Shown: one piece after another, positions 1 to 10,294 of the stretch
How the letters are laid out: each line of letters begins with the position of its first letter
How positions within the stretch are numbered: position 1 is the first letter of the stretch
Virus record (IMG/VR): IMGVR_UViG_3300008108_000016
Span: 93,808-157,807 of that record
DNA length: 64,000 bases
Origin: a virus
Reading direction: 5' to 3' (one strand)
Translations under genes and position numbers: made by a program
Notes under the pieces: model-generated
What the model was told of the DNA's origin: nothing
Seen by the model: only the letters and a program-made list of their open reading frames with translations
The model's database searches: none

Positions 1-1308
1 TGAATTTCTAACTAAAACAGATGTTTCATTATTATTTGTTGTCGGTGTTGTTGATATATTTAGAGTATTTGCGGTCAAGACATTTGTTAATGTTTGACCT
101 GTAACACTAAAATCACCATTAACCGTAAGTCCTGTCACATCATTAATAGTTGCGGTTAAAGTATTCCCTGAATTATCAGTTAATGTAAAAGTATTATCAT
201 TGTAGGTAAAACCAGTTGTGAATTTATCGTTATCTGTAATACCCGTTGTTGATATTGTGAAATTAGGATATGTTCCTGTAACTGAAATGTATTGTCCGTC
301 ATTTAATGTAACAATTTGATCTGGATCAGTATTTGTTATTGTAAAATTAGGATATGTCCCACCCGTTAATATTCCTGTTCCTCCTGATATTGTAACAACT
401 TGATCAGGGTCAGTATTTATGATATTTATGTTTCCTGTGGTTGTGTTTGCTGATAATCCTGTTCCTGTTGTTAATGAATTAACATAACTTGTTTCACCTG
501 TATAAAATCCTGTTACATTAAATGTTCCTCCTGTATTATTTGTAAACGTTGCAGATCCATTTGAATACGTACCTCCTGTAACAAAAACATCAATCGGTAA
601 ATTTAAATAAGTTGATGCGGAAATTGTATTTGCGGTTAAATTATTAGTGGTTGTATTTCCGGTCACATTTAAATTACCATTAATTGTTAAACCACTAAAA
701 TCATTAATTGTTACCGAAAAATTAGTATTATTATTATTATTAGATATTGTTAATACGTTATTTGAATATGTGTATGCGGTTATAAAGGTGTTTGCATCTC
801 CGGTTAAAGACGTTAAGTCTAAAGTGTACGCCGATAAAATATCATTTCTATCAAAATATGCAAATCCATTTGAATACGTTGCTCCCGTTGTAAATGTATT
901 TGGTATCCCCGTTAAATTTGATCCATCACCATATAATGTTCCTCCACTAATTATTGGTGAATATATTGTATTTGCGGTAAGACCATTTAGAAAAATTGTT
1001 GATCCCGATACTGTTCCACCAGTAAAAGTTCCTCCACCACCTCCTGTATTGAAAATAGACCAATCGGATAATGTTCCGTTCCATGGAGAAGGGTTCAGTT
1101 TATAATAATCTGTTCCACCTGAAACACCAACAACCATTCCCGCTCTTCTACGAAGATCTGGTATGTTATTTAAATCGGAAAGTAAATCAACATTTCGGAA
1201 TCCATCAATACCATATAATGGATCAATAACGGGATACTGATCCGTAGGTTCTGATGGTGAAATAAAACCAAAAACCTCAACACCTCCTGATAAACTAAAA
1301 CTCATCAT
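1..1308 (-). CDS. Gly/Thr-rich tail fibre / virion structural protein (partial, runs off left end; absent from ORF track)
   Basis: Manual translation from ATG at 1308: MMSFSLSGGVEVFGFISPSEPTDQYPVIDPLYGIDGFRNV...RRAGMVVGV...; no stop seen in the stretches translated (5' part and 1-180); repeated GTYPNFTI and TGGTYSNG-type motifs. Confidence 0.75.
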   Translation of the reverse strand, partial: MMSFSLSGGVEVFGFISPSEPTDQYPVIDPLYGIDGFRNVDLLSDLNNIPDLRRRAGMVVGVSGGTDYYKLNPSPWNGTLSDWSIFNTGGGGGTFTGGTVSGSTIFLNGLTANTIYSPIISGGTLYGDGSNLTGIPNTFTTGATYSNGFAYFDRNDILSAYTLDLTSLTGDANTFITAYTYSNNVLTISNNNNNTNFSVTINDFSGLTINGNLNVTGNTTTNNLTANTISASTYLNLPIDVFVTGGTYSNGSATFTNNTGGTFNVTGFYTGETSYVNSLTTGTGLSANTTTGNINIINTDPDQVVTISGGTGILTGGTYPNFTITNTDPDQIVTLNDGQYISVTGTYPNFTISTTGITDNDKFTTGFTYNDNTFTLTDNSGNTLTATINDVTGLTVNGDFSVTGQTLTNVLTANTLNISTTPTTNNNETSVLVRNS

Positions 1309-1321
1309 AATTTATTAATAT

Positions 1322-2107
1322 TTATCCACACATCCAACAATATACTTGACCACTAAACGAGAAGAATGTTCTATATATATTGTATGTTATTGGGAATCCG
1401 TTTATATCTATAACTATCACAGTTCCGATTAAATTAATCGGAATATAATTACCTGAACAACCTGTTTCACTATCCCTAAATTCATTTGGTTGAGGAATTG
1501 TTTGAGGTATTAATATGTAACCATACCCACTTCCAAATTGGAAATCTACATAAGATTCTCTAGGGTCATTTGTGTTTACAAATGTTAATAATGACACATC
1601 ACCTGATGTTATTGTAGTACCACTAAACTTACCAAAATAAATTCCTGGCGGAGCCGGTAATGGAGTTTTTGTCGGTGTCGGAGTTGCGGTAACAGTACAT
1701 ATGAACGTTGATGTTGGTGTAGGTGTCTGTGTTTTTGTTGGTGTAGGTGTTGCCGGAAGAGATTTTGTTGGTGTAGGTGTCGGCGTTAACTTACAAGGAT
1801 CAAAAGTTGGTGTAGGTGTTACAGTCGTTGTTGGCGTAGGTGTTTGAGTCCTTGTAGGAGTAACAGTCGGTGTTGGTGTGGGTGTCGGTCTTGGTACATT
1901 TAAAAAGTACGAACATTTTTGTGAAATAACATAAATTGTGTATGTACCAAAAATTTCAGTTGTTGGTGAAATTGATGAAGAATCAAACGTATATGGCAAT
2001 AGATGATCACCCAAATTATATACATTTTCTTCATTATCGGGCTTAAATATTATGTTGGCAATATTACCATCATAACTAGGGCTACTTATAGTTATAAATT
2101 GTTCCAT
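1322..2107 (-). CDS. Virion-associated protein with long Pro-Thr (mucin-like) linker
   Basis: About 80 aa of (TP)n repeats between two small domains; TATTTATA motif upstream. Confidence 0.6.
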   Translation of the reverse strand: MEQFITISSPSYDGNIANIIFKPDNEENVYNLGDHLLPYTFDSSSISPTTEIFGTYTIYVISQKCSYFLNVPRPTPTPTPTVTPTRTQTPTPTTTVTPTPTFDPCKLTPTPTPTKSLPATPTPTKTQTPTPTSTFICTVTATPTPTKTPLPAPPGIYFGKFSGTTITSGDVSLLTFVNTNDPRESYVDFQFGSGYGYILIPQTIPQPNEFRDSETGCSGNYIPINLIGTVIVIDINGFPITYNIYRTFFSFSGQVYCWMCG

Positions 2108-2201
2108 TGTGTCATTTATAAATACAATGGAATATCTATTTTTTTAATCTAATGTGTTTATACCAAACTCTTTCGTCTATAAATTAAAAAAATAAATTTT
2201 A

Positions 2202-3008
2202 TCAAAAATAACCAAATTGATCAAACATCCATTTATATCTATTTTTTACCCAGTTGGATGCCTCAATACCTAATACTTCATTGTAATCTTTTTTAATTGG
2301 TTCAATCTTTTGTTTTATTGTATGATCACCATATATACCATATACACTATCATCTTCTGTTGTTATTTGTTCAACATGATCAAAATCGTGACCGTCATAA
2401 TAAGGTAAACCCAAATAATTATATATTCTATCCATTTCAGTTTTTGGACTTGAGGTAAAGTCCTCAAATCTAACAAACAACATTTTATTGTTTAAACCTT
2501 CTTTAAAAATTTGATATAACCTTTCTAAAGCTAACCCAACAGGTTGACCTTGAGACCAAATATCAATTCTTTTTTCCGTTGTTGTGCCAGCCATTTGAGA
2601 ATGGTTTACAATTCCGGCATCCAAATGTTGATTTTTTCTGAAGTTTTTTTCCATTGATGCAAAAATTGCTCTTGGATCTCTAACCATACAAATTATTTTT
2701 GGATTAGGATAAAATGAATTTAAGAAACCGTAATGAACTCCCCATCCTCTACTCTTATCTAAAACATATGGTTTGTCTGTAATCCCGTTATAAAAACCCT
2801 CAAGACCGTTACGACAAAAAGATAAAAAACCATCTTTCATTAAGTTTTGATCTTGGGCTTTAAATTCGGGTGAGTTAGAATAATTTGCTCTTGCGGCATA
2901 AACTAACTCTAATACACCTGAAGTTGGTGTAACATAAAAATCAGGATTTTGTCCCATTACATTTTGTAGTAATGTTGACCCTGCTCTTGGTAAAGAATGG
3001 ACACTCAT
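2202..3008 (-). CDS. PAPS-dependent sulfotransferase (N-terminus apparently truncated)
   Basis: SLPRAGSTLL 5'-PSB loop, DKSRGW, VRDPRAIFAS; close paralogue of 5502-6320. Confidence 0.85.
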   Translation of the reverse strand: MSVHSLPRAGSTLLQNVMGQNPDFYVTPTSGVLELVYAARANYSNSPEFKAQDQNLMKDGFLSFCRNGLEGFYNGITDKPYVLDKSRGWGVHYGFLNSFYPNPKIICMVRDPRAIFASMEKNFRKNQHLDAGIVNHSQMAGTTTEKRIDIWSQGQPVGLALERLYQIFKEGLNNKMLFVRFEDFTSSPKTEMDRIYNYLGLPYYDGHDFDHVEQITTEDDSVYGIYGDHTIKQKIEPIKKDYNEVLGIEASNWVKNRYKWMFDQFGYF

Positions 3009-3825
3009 GTGTCATTCCGTTGAAATTATAATCAAACAGATAACTGTCAGGTAATTTAACATCTGTAGGTAAATCGGCAATAATATTTTTATGAATATCA
3101 TAACCAAATAACTTTGGTGATGTTCCCACCCATAAAACGACCGATGGGAGATTTAATGCTGCCGATGCGTGTTGTAAAGAAGAATCAATTAAAATTCTTT
3201 TTTCTGACATCAACAATAAAGAAAACAATTCCATGTTTGACATTGGGTCTTTAATTACCTCTACATTTTCTAAAGCATTAAATTCATGTCTACAAATTTG
3301 TATTATGTGATAATATTTTGAATAGTGATTAACCAAATGTTGTGATACAGAAATTGGCATATCTCTTGTCCATGAATAAGGATAAGGTTGGTCGTTTAAA
3401 GGTCCTCCGTTTGTTTGAATAACCATAATTGGTTTTTCTCTTTTCCATCTGTTAAACCCAACTTGTTTTTGCCTTAAATTGAATTTTAATTCAGGTTGTT
3501 CCCCGTTGTACTCCAATCCAAATAATTTACACCAATTTAAAATCAATGGTAATTTTTTATGAATGTGGTCATCCGTAAAATATGGTTCGTGTTTAAAAAT
3601 CTTAATATCCTTATCTTTAATAAAATCATCATAAAAATATGGAGTATTACCGATTCTATAAACTCTATCCACAAAATCCAAATTCAAGAATATTTCTGGA
3701 TACGCACAAACAACAATAAGATCCCTATCGGGAAAATTGTTTTTAATACATTTAGCAACTGCGGTTGATGATACGTGTTTTCCTAATCCACCCTCAAGGT
3801 GAAATAATGAATATTTTTTTTCCAT
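2941..3825 (-). CDS. GT9-like (heptosyltransferase-fold) glycosyltransferase
   Basis: EGGLGKHV N-terminal motif, IDSSLQHASAALNLPSVVLW typical of GT9. Confidence 0.7.
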   Translation of the reverse strand: MEKKYSLFHLEGGLGKHVSSTAVAKCIKNNFPDRDLIVVCAYPEIFLNLDFVDRVYRIGNTPYFYDDFIKDKDIKIFKHEPYFTDDHIHKKLPLILNWCKLFGLEYNGEQPELKFNLRQKQVGFNRWKREKPIMVIQTNGGPLNDQPYPYSWTRDMPISVSQHLVNHYSKYYHIIQICRHEFNALENVEVIKDPMSNMELFSLLLMSEKRILIDSSLQHASAALNLPSVVLWVGTSPKLFGYDIHKNIIADLPTDVKLPDSYLFDYNFNGMTHECPFFTKSRVNITTKCNGTKS

Positions 3826-3845
3826 GATTAAATTATAATTTGATT

Positions 3846-4751
3846 TTAACTATTAGTAAATGAGAGAGCTTTGTTAATTTGATCAATAACCATTTGTGGT
3901 GTTATTGTCGTATGACATTCATTTTCTCTATTCGTATTTAAAAAAATTGGGCACTTTGATGATATATTTGGGATTATATTAAAACATCCATTACAAACAT
4001 TTTTATTTATAACTCTAAAACAATCAAACTCATTATGTTCTTTTGTAAATCCCGATATCATCACAACAGGAACATCGTACGCCCAAGCAAGCCAAGAAAG
4101 ACCTGACGACAATCCAATAAATAATCTTGACTCCAATATATGATTTAATGAAACATTAATATCATCAAATCCGTGGTATCCTTTAACATTCTTAAGATTT
4201 AATGTATTTTCATACGAAACATTATATACCTCAAATCCTGATCTAATAAGTTCATCAACAATAATTTGCCATTTATCTTTATCCCAAGTAGCAATTGATT
4301 TTAATGATTCCGGAGCAATTGTTATTTTATTATTAATAATTTTTCTTTCTTTTTTAATAAGAGAAGGTTTGATAGGTTTTGTTGATTGTGGGATCATCAT
4401 TGTATCTTTTGTTGCATACATCATGCCACCCAACGTATGAGAAACATCTTCCTTATCATATCCAACAGAAATATGTTTATCAACAATGATTCGTTTTTTT
4501 TGATTTGCATTTATAAATTCATACTTATCATTATTTGATTTTAATAAATGAGGAAAAAATGTTGAAACCAAAACTTTTTTTGGTTTATGATAATCAACAA
4601 ATTGATCCATAAATGATGCAAAACAAATTGTATCACCCAAACAAAAGGAATTGAAATGTAATAGAATTTCTTTATTTTCTAATGTTTTGGTATTCTTATC
4701 ATTTTCAACATAGTCTAACAATTCCGTATTGTCGTAATGTCTTTTAATCAT
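3846..4751 (-). CDS. Autotransporter heptosyltransferase (TibC/Aah)-like GT9 protein glycosyltransferase
   Basis: SFCLGDTI, FIGLSSGLSWLAWA...PVVMISGFT, Cys cluster VCNGCFN...CP...EC resembling the iron-finger of the BAHT family. Confidence 0.65.
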   Translation of the reverse strand: MIKRHYDNTELLDYVENDKNTKTLENKEILLHFNSFCLGDTICFASFMDQFVDYHKPKKVLVSTFFPHLLKSNNDKYEFINANQKKRIIVDKHISVGYDKEDVSHTLGGMMYATKDTMMIPQSTKPIKPSLIKKERKIINNKITIAPESLKSIATWDKDKWQIIVDELIRSGFEVYNVSYENTLNLKNVKGYHGFDDINVSLNHILESRLFIGLSSGLSWLAWAYDVPVVMISGFTKEHNEFDCFRVINKNVCNGCFNIIPNISSKCPIFLNTNRENECHTTITPQMVIDQINKALSFTNS

Positions 4752-5488
4752 ACTTTTAATTTTAATATTTTTGAGTAATACTCAAACCAATATCTTTCAG
4801 TCCATATGGTTCCTTCTTCCAAAGAAACTAATGGTTTTTGTTGCCAAGGCTTTTTAACAATATAATGAAATATTTTAATATACTTTGGAAGTCCTGTATT
4901 ATGAAAAACTTGTTTGTTATAAGTTTTTAGGAAATTATATTCTATTGGGAATGATGTTATAATATCTTGAAAATAGTAATTTATGATATCCTGATCTAAA
5001 TGTTCCGTGATACCATAAAGTTTTGTTAAATTGATTAGATCGTTTGTTATTTTTTGATTAAGGTATTTTTTACTTATTACCATAACTCCGGTATTATATT
5101 GATCAATATATAATTCTCTAATGGCACCGAAAGAACATTGTGAATCAATTAATTTGTCAATATTACCCAATATTAAAGTATCACAATCTAAAAAAATTAT
5201 TTTGTCCACATCCTCCATTGAAAAAATCTCATATTTGGTATAATCACCAAATGACATTTGTTTCTTTTTTAATTCCTCAATTTCATAATATTTTGACAAA
5301 TCGTAAGTTTTTAACAAAACATTATTGTGTATTTTTCTTGAAGTAATCAAATCATCATGAGTCAAATCGTTACTAATTACAGTGAATGGAATATCTTCTT
5401 TAATTATTCTTGGGTTATTCTCAATTAGAGATTTTAACATAACCTCAAACCCAATTAGATATTCTTTATTACATACGGTTACAAACAT
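4748..5488 (-). CDS. GT8 family glycosyltransferase
   Basis: IIFLDCDTL (DxD), YNTGVMVI, DQDIIN, YN, HY..KKPW motifs. Confidence 0.85.
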   Translation of the reverse strand: MFVTVCNKEYLIGFEVMLKSLIENNPRIIKEDIPFTVISNDLTHDDLITSRKIHNNVLLKTYDLSKYYEIEELKKKQMSFGDYTKYEIFSMEDVDKIIFLDCDTLILGNIDKLIDSQCSFGAIRELYIDQYNTGVMVISKKYLNQKITNDLINLTKLYGITEHLDQDIINYYFQDIITSFPIEYNFLKTYNKQVFHNTGLPKYIKIFHYIVKKPWQQKPLVSLEEGTIWTERYWFEYYSKILKLKV

Positions 5489-5501
5489 AGATTAAAGTTT
5501 T

Positions 5502-6320
5502 TTACAGGTAATTAAATTTTTCAAAAAACCACAAATAGTTTTGAATAATAATATTACAATTTTTTGAACCTAAAATATTCAAATAATCATCCTTTAATGG
5601 TTTTATTTCTCGTTGTATTTTATGATCACCAAATATTCCATGTATTATATCATTTTCGTGTGTTAGTTGATCAACATTTTTAAAATCATGTTTATAGTAA
5701 GGGATTTCCAAATACTTGTAGATTTTTTGAATTTCTATTTCTGGGGTTTTACAAAAATCTTCATATCTTATAAATAAAACATTTGAATCTAATCTTTGTT
5801 GTGTAATATCATACAACCACTCAAGAGCTGGCCCAACGGGAGGTGAAACAGAAAAATGAACCATTCTTGAATCTGTTGTCATGTTTTTTAATTCCGCACC
5901 ATTAACAATTAATGGGTCTTTATGTGGATTTTTTCTGTAATTTTTTTCCATTGACGAAAAAATTGATCTTAAATCTCTAACCATAATTATTACTTTTGGG
6001 TTGGACTCAAAAAAATCTAAAAAACTATAATGTCCTGACCACGCTCTACTTTTATCTAAAACATATGGTCTATCTGTTATTTCATTAAAGAATCCCCATA
6101 AACCACCTTTACAAAATCCTCTAAAACCTTTTTTCATTGTTTCAGCATCTTGAGCCTTAAACGCATCTCCTGTTGAATATATTGTTCTTGCTTGTAATAG
6201 AAACTCAACCACTCCTGATGTTGGTGTTGAGTAAATGTCCGGATTTTGCATCATAACATTTTGTAATAATGTTGATCCTGCTCTTGGTAATGATGCATTA
6301 AAGAATATATTTTTAACCAT
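5502..6320 (-). CDS. PAPS-dependent sulfotransferase
   Basis: IFFNASLPRAGSTLL, DKSRAW, VRDLRSIFSS, IRYEDF. Confidence 0.85.
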   Translation of the reverse strand: MVKNIFFNASLPRAGSTLLQNVMMQNPDIYSTPTSGVVEFLLQARTIYSTGDAFKAQDAETMKKGFRGFCKGGLWGFFNEITDRPYVLDKSRAWSGHYSFLDFFESNPKVIIMVRDLRSIFSSMEKNYRKNPHKDPLIVNGAELKNMTTDSRMVHFSVSPPVGPALEWLYDITQQRLDSNVLFIRYEDFCKTPEIEIQKIYKYLEIPYYKHDFKNVDQLTHENDIIHGIFGDHKIQREIKPLKDDYLNILGSKNCNIIIQNYLWFFEKFNYL

Positions 6321-6376
6321 AATGATATCTTTATATCAAAATACTAAAAAAATATTATAAATAAATTGTGTTTTTA

Positions 6377-7984
6377 TTAAACCAACAATATTTTATAATC
6401 AGCACCATTCAATCGGATTGTTAATGTTTTTGTTGACGTACAAGATTCTGTAGTCACCGGCCCAATAGGAGTTCCCGCAGACCCTAAAACAAACTGAGAA
6501 TTTGCCGTTGCTGTCGCTCCATTACCCAATATAACTGAATTTGAGAAATCCCCTGATTGTACATTGTACCCTAATGCCACGTTAGTGTTTCCTGTTGTAT
6601 TATATCGTAAAGCGTTTGACCCTAAAGCAACGTTATTGTTTCCTTCTGTGTTTGAATATAATGAGTTTTGTCCTGCCGAAATATTATAATTCCCTATTGT
6701 GTTGTTATATAGAGAGCTATTACCTAATGAAATATTGTTTACACCTATAGTGTTTTGTACCATAACACTTTTACCTATTGCAACATTGTATTGTCCTGTT
6801 GTGTTAGAATATAAAACATCAAAACCTAAACCAATATTGAAAAATCCTGTTTGATTATTTTTTAAAGATCTATATCCTAAACCAATATTATTTTCACCTG
6901 TTGTGTTAGTTCCTAAAGAACACCTACCTAATGAAATGTTATTACATCCTTCTGTGTTTTTTTCTAAAGCACTGAGGCCTAAAGCAATGTTATTTGAACC
7001 GGAGGTGTTATATATTAAAGCACTTTGACCTAAAGCAACATTATTGTTTCCTATTGTATTGTTAAGTAAAGCACTGTTACCTAAAGCAACATTATTTGAA
7101 CCGGAGGTATTATATTCTAAAGAGGATTCACCTAAAGCAATATTATTATCTCCTATTGAATTAGCTCGTAAAGCGTTTGGACCTAAAGCAATATTGCGAA
7201 AACCTTCTGTATTATTTTGTAAAGCGTTTGGACCTAAAGCAATATTATAGGTTCCTGTTGTGTTATAAAATAATGATTTGTAACCTTGTGCAATATTATT
7301 TGATCCTGTTGTATTTTGTTGTAAAGATCCATTACCTAAAGCAATGTTATGATTTCCATAACTATTAAGTGAAAGAGAACCGTCTCCCATACCTATATTA
7401 TGAGACCCTGATATATTTGAACTAAGAGAGCTATTACCTAAGGCTATATTTGAATATCCTATGGTATTTAAAAGAAGAGACGATTGACCTATTGATATGT
7501 TATCTACTCCTGATATGTTACTTTGTAAAGCACTTATTCCTATGGCAACGTTACTGGATCCTGAGATATTTGAATATAAAGCAGCGTTACCTATTGCAAT
7601 GTTTTGATATCCTGTTGTATTTGAAAATAATGATTTGTAACCTTGTGCAATATTGTTTGATCCTGTTGTGTTGTTAGATAATGTATTATATCCAATACCA
7701 ATATTTGTATTGATATTACCGGCACCAATACCCAACATTAAACTATTAACAGTATTTGCGGTTAATCCTTGCGTAAAAATAGTATCACCAGTAACAGTAC
7801 CACCACTTAATGGTAAAAAGTTATTATCCGATCCTGTAAAACCACTAAGAATATAACTTTGTAATTGGTTTATTTCTATTTTTTTAGTTTCATCGGTCGC
7901 AATATCAACTATTGGTAATACATCGTTTGATGATACCTCGCCAGATAAAATTTGATTTAATTCGGTTATTTTTGTGATTCCCAT
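6377..7984 (-). CDS. Beta-helix/beta-roll tail fibre or adhesin
   Basis: N-terminal KITELN...DVLPIVD fibre-attachment motif, then about 23 tandem 17-aa repeats NIALGxxSLxxNTxGxN. Confidence 0.75.
   Translation of the reverse strand: MGITKITELNQILSGEVSSNDVLPIVDIATDETKKIEINQLQSYILSGFTGSDNNFLPLSGGTVTGDTIFTQGLTANTVNSLMLGIGAGNINTNIGIGYNTLSNNTTGSNNIAQGYKSLFSNTTGYQNIAIGNAALYSNISGSSNVAIGISALQSNISGVDNISIGQSSLLLNTIGYSNIALGNSSLSSNISGSHNIGMGDGSLSLNSYGNHNIALGNGSLQQNTTGSNNIAQGYKSLFYNTTGTYNIALGPNALQNNTEGFRNIALGPNALRANSIGDNNIALGESSLEYNTSGSNNVALGNSALLNNTIGNNNVALGQSALIYNTSGSNNIALGLSALEKNTEGCNNISLGRCSLGTNTTGENNIGLGYRSLKNNQTGFFNIGLGFDVLYSNTTGQYNVAIGKSVMVQNTIGVNNISLGNSSLYNNTIGNYNISAGQNSLYSNTEGNNNVALGSNALRYNTTGNTNVALGYNVQSGDFSNSVILGNGATATANSQFVLGSAGTPIGPVTTESCTSTKTLTIRLNGADYKILLV
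6560..7710 (-). repeat. Coding tandem repeat, 51-nt unit, about 23 copies
   Basis: Near-identical DNA copies at about 7267-7312 and 7624-7669 (357 nt = 7 units apart) and at 7169/7220 (51 nt apart). Confidence 0.85.
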
Positions 7985-8004
7985 TGTCTTTTATGAATAA
8001 ATAG

Positions 8005-10218
8005 TTATAAAATAATATAATTATTATTTTGTGTTGTAATATAAAATAAATTTTGTGTTACCAAATAATCAACATCAATCAAGACATATACGAAGTCATT
8101 AGGTTCACACACTATTGTATTGCAATTAGGGCAATCAGGATTTAACATATCAAATGTAGACTGAAGTAATAAAAAATTATGTTTTATTTCAGGGGCAGAC
8201 AATGGAGTAACGTACATTCTAAATTGTGATACCCCACCCTCAAATGTTCCTGCAAAATTTTCTTCAAGTAAAATATTTGTTTGTAAACCTGATAATGACG
8301 TTGTGTTTAATAAATCTGTTGAGAATGATTCAGGATCCTGAATATATTTTCCATCTAACGCAGTACATGCCGAGAACGTCAAGTTCTCTCTTAAACCTTG
8401 CGTACCTCCACCCCAAGATATGTTAAAAGGAACACCAAGTTGTTTTTCTTTGTCGGTATTTAACGCTCTTGGAATTATCTCTTCAAAATTTTCAATGGTG
8501 TAGAAGATTTTACCATTAACATAGATTTTTAATCTACCCATTCTAAAGTCGGTTTCATCAAGCCAAGTTTGTTCCAAATTAACAAGTTCAATTTGTTCGG
8601 CAACTTGTTGACCATTCGTATATGGTGGAGCGATTAATTTTGCGGTATCATTTGCCAAAGAATTTAAATACTCAAACTTTGTTATGTCTCCTAATCCACC
8701 TCTCCATTTTAAATCACAAGTGTCCAACCAAGTATACCTTTCCCATACGATATCAACTTGGAACCAATGTTCTTGATCCAAATAATCAGGATTTTCATTT
8801 TCACAATAATCATATATCCCGTTTGGAGAACAATATTCATCAATCGTATATCCTGTAACATATGTTTGACCTGTAGTACAAGTCCCCGTTGTTTCACAAT
8901 TACCCGTCCATCTTAAAACTTTAACACCAATTTTTGGATTTTCTTTTGACCCACATAACTTAACGGCTAAGGCGTTTGACATTGAATCAAATAACGGATC
9001 CGTTTCACAAGTACTTTGAATTGAAGTGAATCCAGTTGGGGTACAATCAACACAATCTTTACATTCCTCACATTTTGTACAAGACGGAGTACATACAGGA
9101 GTTGGAACATCACACGTTGGAGTTGGAGAAGGTGTTGGTGTTGGTGTGGGTTCAATAATAGTTGAGCAAGAATGTTCAAAACATTCCCAACCACAAGTTT
9201 CACAAGGAGTATCATAACATCCGCACCCACAAGTTAATTTTTTATCTTTTATTCCATTACATAAATCACAACCATAATTTAGATGAGGATCATGTTGATT
9301 GTTTTTTGATCGTGGAGGATAAACATAAACACATCTACTATTCGTTACCGTTCTATTACAACACGCACAAGTTTCAACACATTCTTCTAACCCATTTGTA
9401 ACTCTTGTATAACCTGTAAAACAATTTGGTGTCCCATCGGCGTGATGATAAAATTTATTTTCGGCTCTTGTACCAAAATAAAAGAAAATACCCGCATTGT
9501 CAGGATAAACCTCGTTTAATGTTGTTTCACCTGATGATGGAAAAAATTCATTTATTAATCTTGGTTTTAATAACATTTCTACCGCCCATCCTTTATTCAT
9601 TCTTTCAGGTAGGATGTCGTAATCATAACCAAATAATTTATAAAATCCTTGATAAAACCCACCATATAATTCATGATATTTACCAACAGATCCTGTTTTA
9701 CTTACAACCTCATATAATGTTGTTTTTGGTATACCGGAAAATCTTTCATTTTGTGATGTATACCCGGTAACTTGAAACATTTTAAATCTTCTATCATAAT
9801 ATTCTCTATCAAATTTAAATGAATCAGAATATAAACCATTTGTGAAATTTATTGATTCTCCTGTCATTGATGTTACTAGACCATTATCAATTCCTGTTAG
9901 TCCAATATCACAAGCAGTTGATGATGAAAAACAAGAAAGATCTAATTCATCTGGATTATAATAATTTTGAGAAACAAAAACGTTGTTATAATTATATTGT
10001 TTATATAATAAAGTTAAATTTTGAACACTTATTGGGTTATTTATGTCAATATTTATTGGTAATCTATTACCATATGTTTGAGCAATTAAATATGGTGAGA
10101 ATACAACCTCTTGATTAAAGTCAACCTCATCGGACGCCAAAGACATATCTTGACAATCATTTACGATGTTTAACTTTAGTTTTTGGTAAACATATTGATT
10201 AATATTCTGTTGAGCCAT
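8005..10218 (-). CDS. Large virion structural protein with Cys-rich and Pro-Thr insertion, possible LamG-like fold
   Basis: Probable start MAQQNINQY at 10218 behind a TATTTAT motif; many CxxC motifs; LKIYVNG...F.GGVSQFRMY..PLS..EI lectin-like C-terminus. Confidence 0.55.
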   Translation of the reverse strand: MAQQNINQYVYQKLKLNIVNDCQDMSLASDEVDFNQEVVFSPYLIAQTYGNRLPINIDINNPISVQNLTLLYKQYNYNNVFVSQNYYNPDELDLSCFSSSTACDIGLTGIDNGLVTSMTGESINFTNGLYSDSFKFDREYYDRRFKMFQVTGYTSQNERFSGIPKTTLYEVVSKTGSVGKYHELYGGFYQGFYKLFGYDYDILPERMNKGWAVEMLLKPRLINEFFPSSGETTLNEVYPDNAGIFFYFGTRAENKFYHHADGTPNCFTGYTRVTNGLEECVETCACCNRTVTNSRCVYVYPPRSKNNQHDPHLNYGCDLCNGIKDKKLTCGCGCYDTPCETCGWECFEHSCSTIIEPTPTPTPSPTPTCDVPTPVCTPSCTKCEECKDCVDCTPTGFTSIQSTCETDPLFDSMSNALAVKLCGSKENPKIGVKVLRWTGNCETTGTCTTGQTYVTGYTIDEYCSPNGIYDYCENENPDYLDQEHWFQVDIVWERYTWLDTCDLKWRGGLGDITKFEYLNSLANDTAKLIAPPYTNGQQVAEQIELVNLEQTWLDETDFRMGRLKIYVNGKIFYTIENFEEIIPRALNTDKEKQLGVPFNISWGGGTQGLRENLTFSACTALDGKYIQDPESFSTDLLNTTSLSGLQTNILLEENFAGTFEGGVSQFRMYVTPLSAPEIKHNFLLLQSTFDMLNPDCPNCNTIVCEPNDFVYVLIDVDYLVTQNLFYITTQNNNYIIL

Positions 10219-10294
10219 CTTTTTTTTAGATAAATACCACAAAACAAAGTATTTATTGTAAAAAATACGAACGATTAATATTAATCATTTTACT

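Noticed and set aside
647-1105. Plus-strand 152-aa ORF
   Set aside because: Antisense shadow of the minus-strand fibre gene 1-1308.
6560-7710. 51-nt periodic repeats as CRISPR array or DGR template/variable pair
   Set aside because: In-frame coding repeats with no unique spacers; no cas or reverse transcriptase gene in the window.
10273-10286. 14-bp palindrome GATTAATATTAATC between divergent genes
   Set aside because: Almost all A/T and single copy; plausible by chance at this composition.
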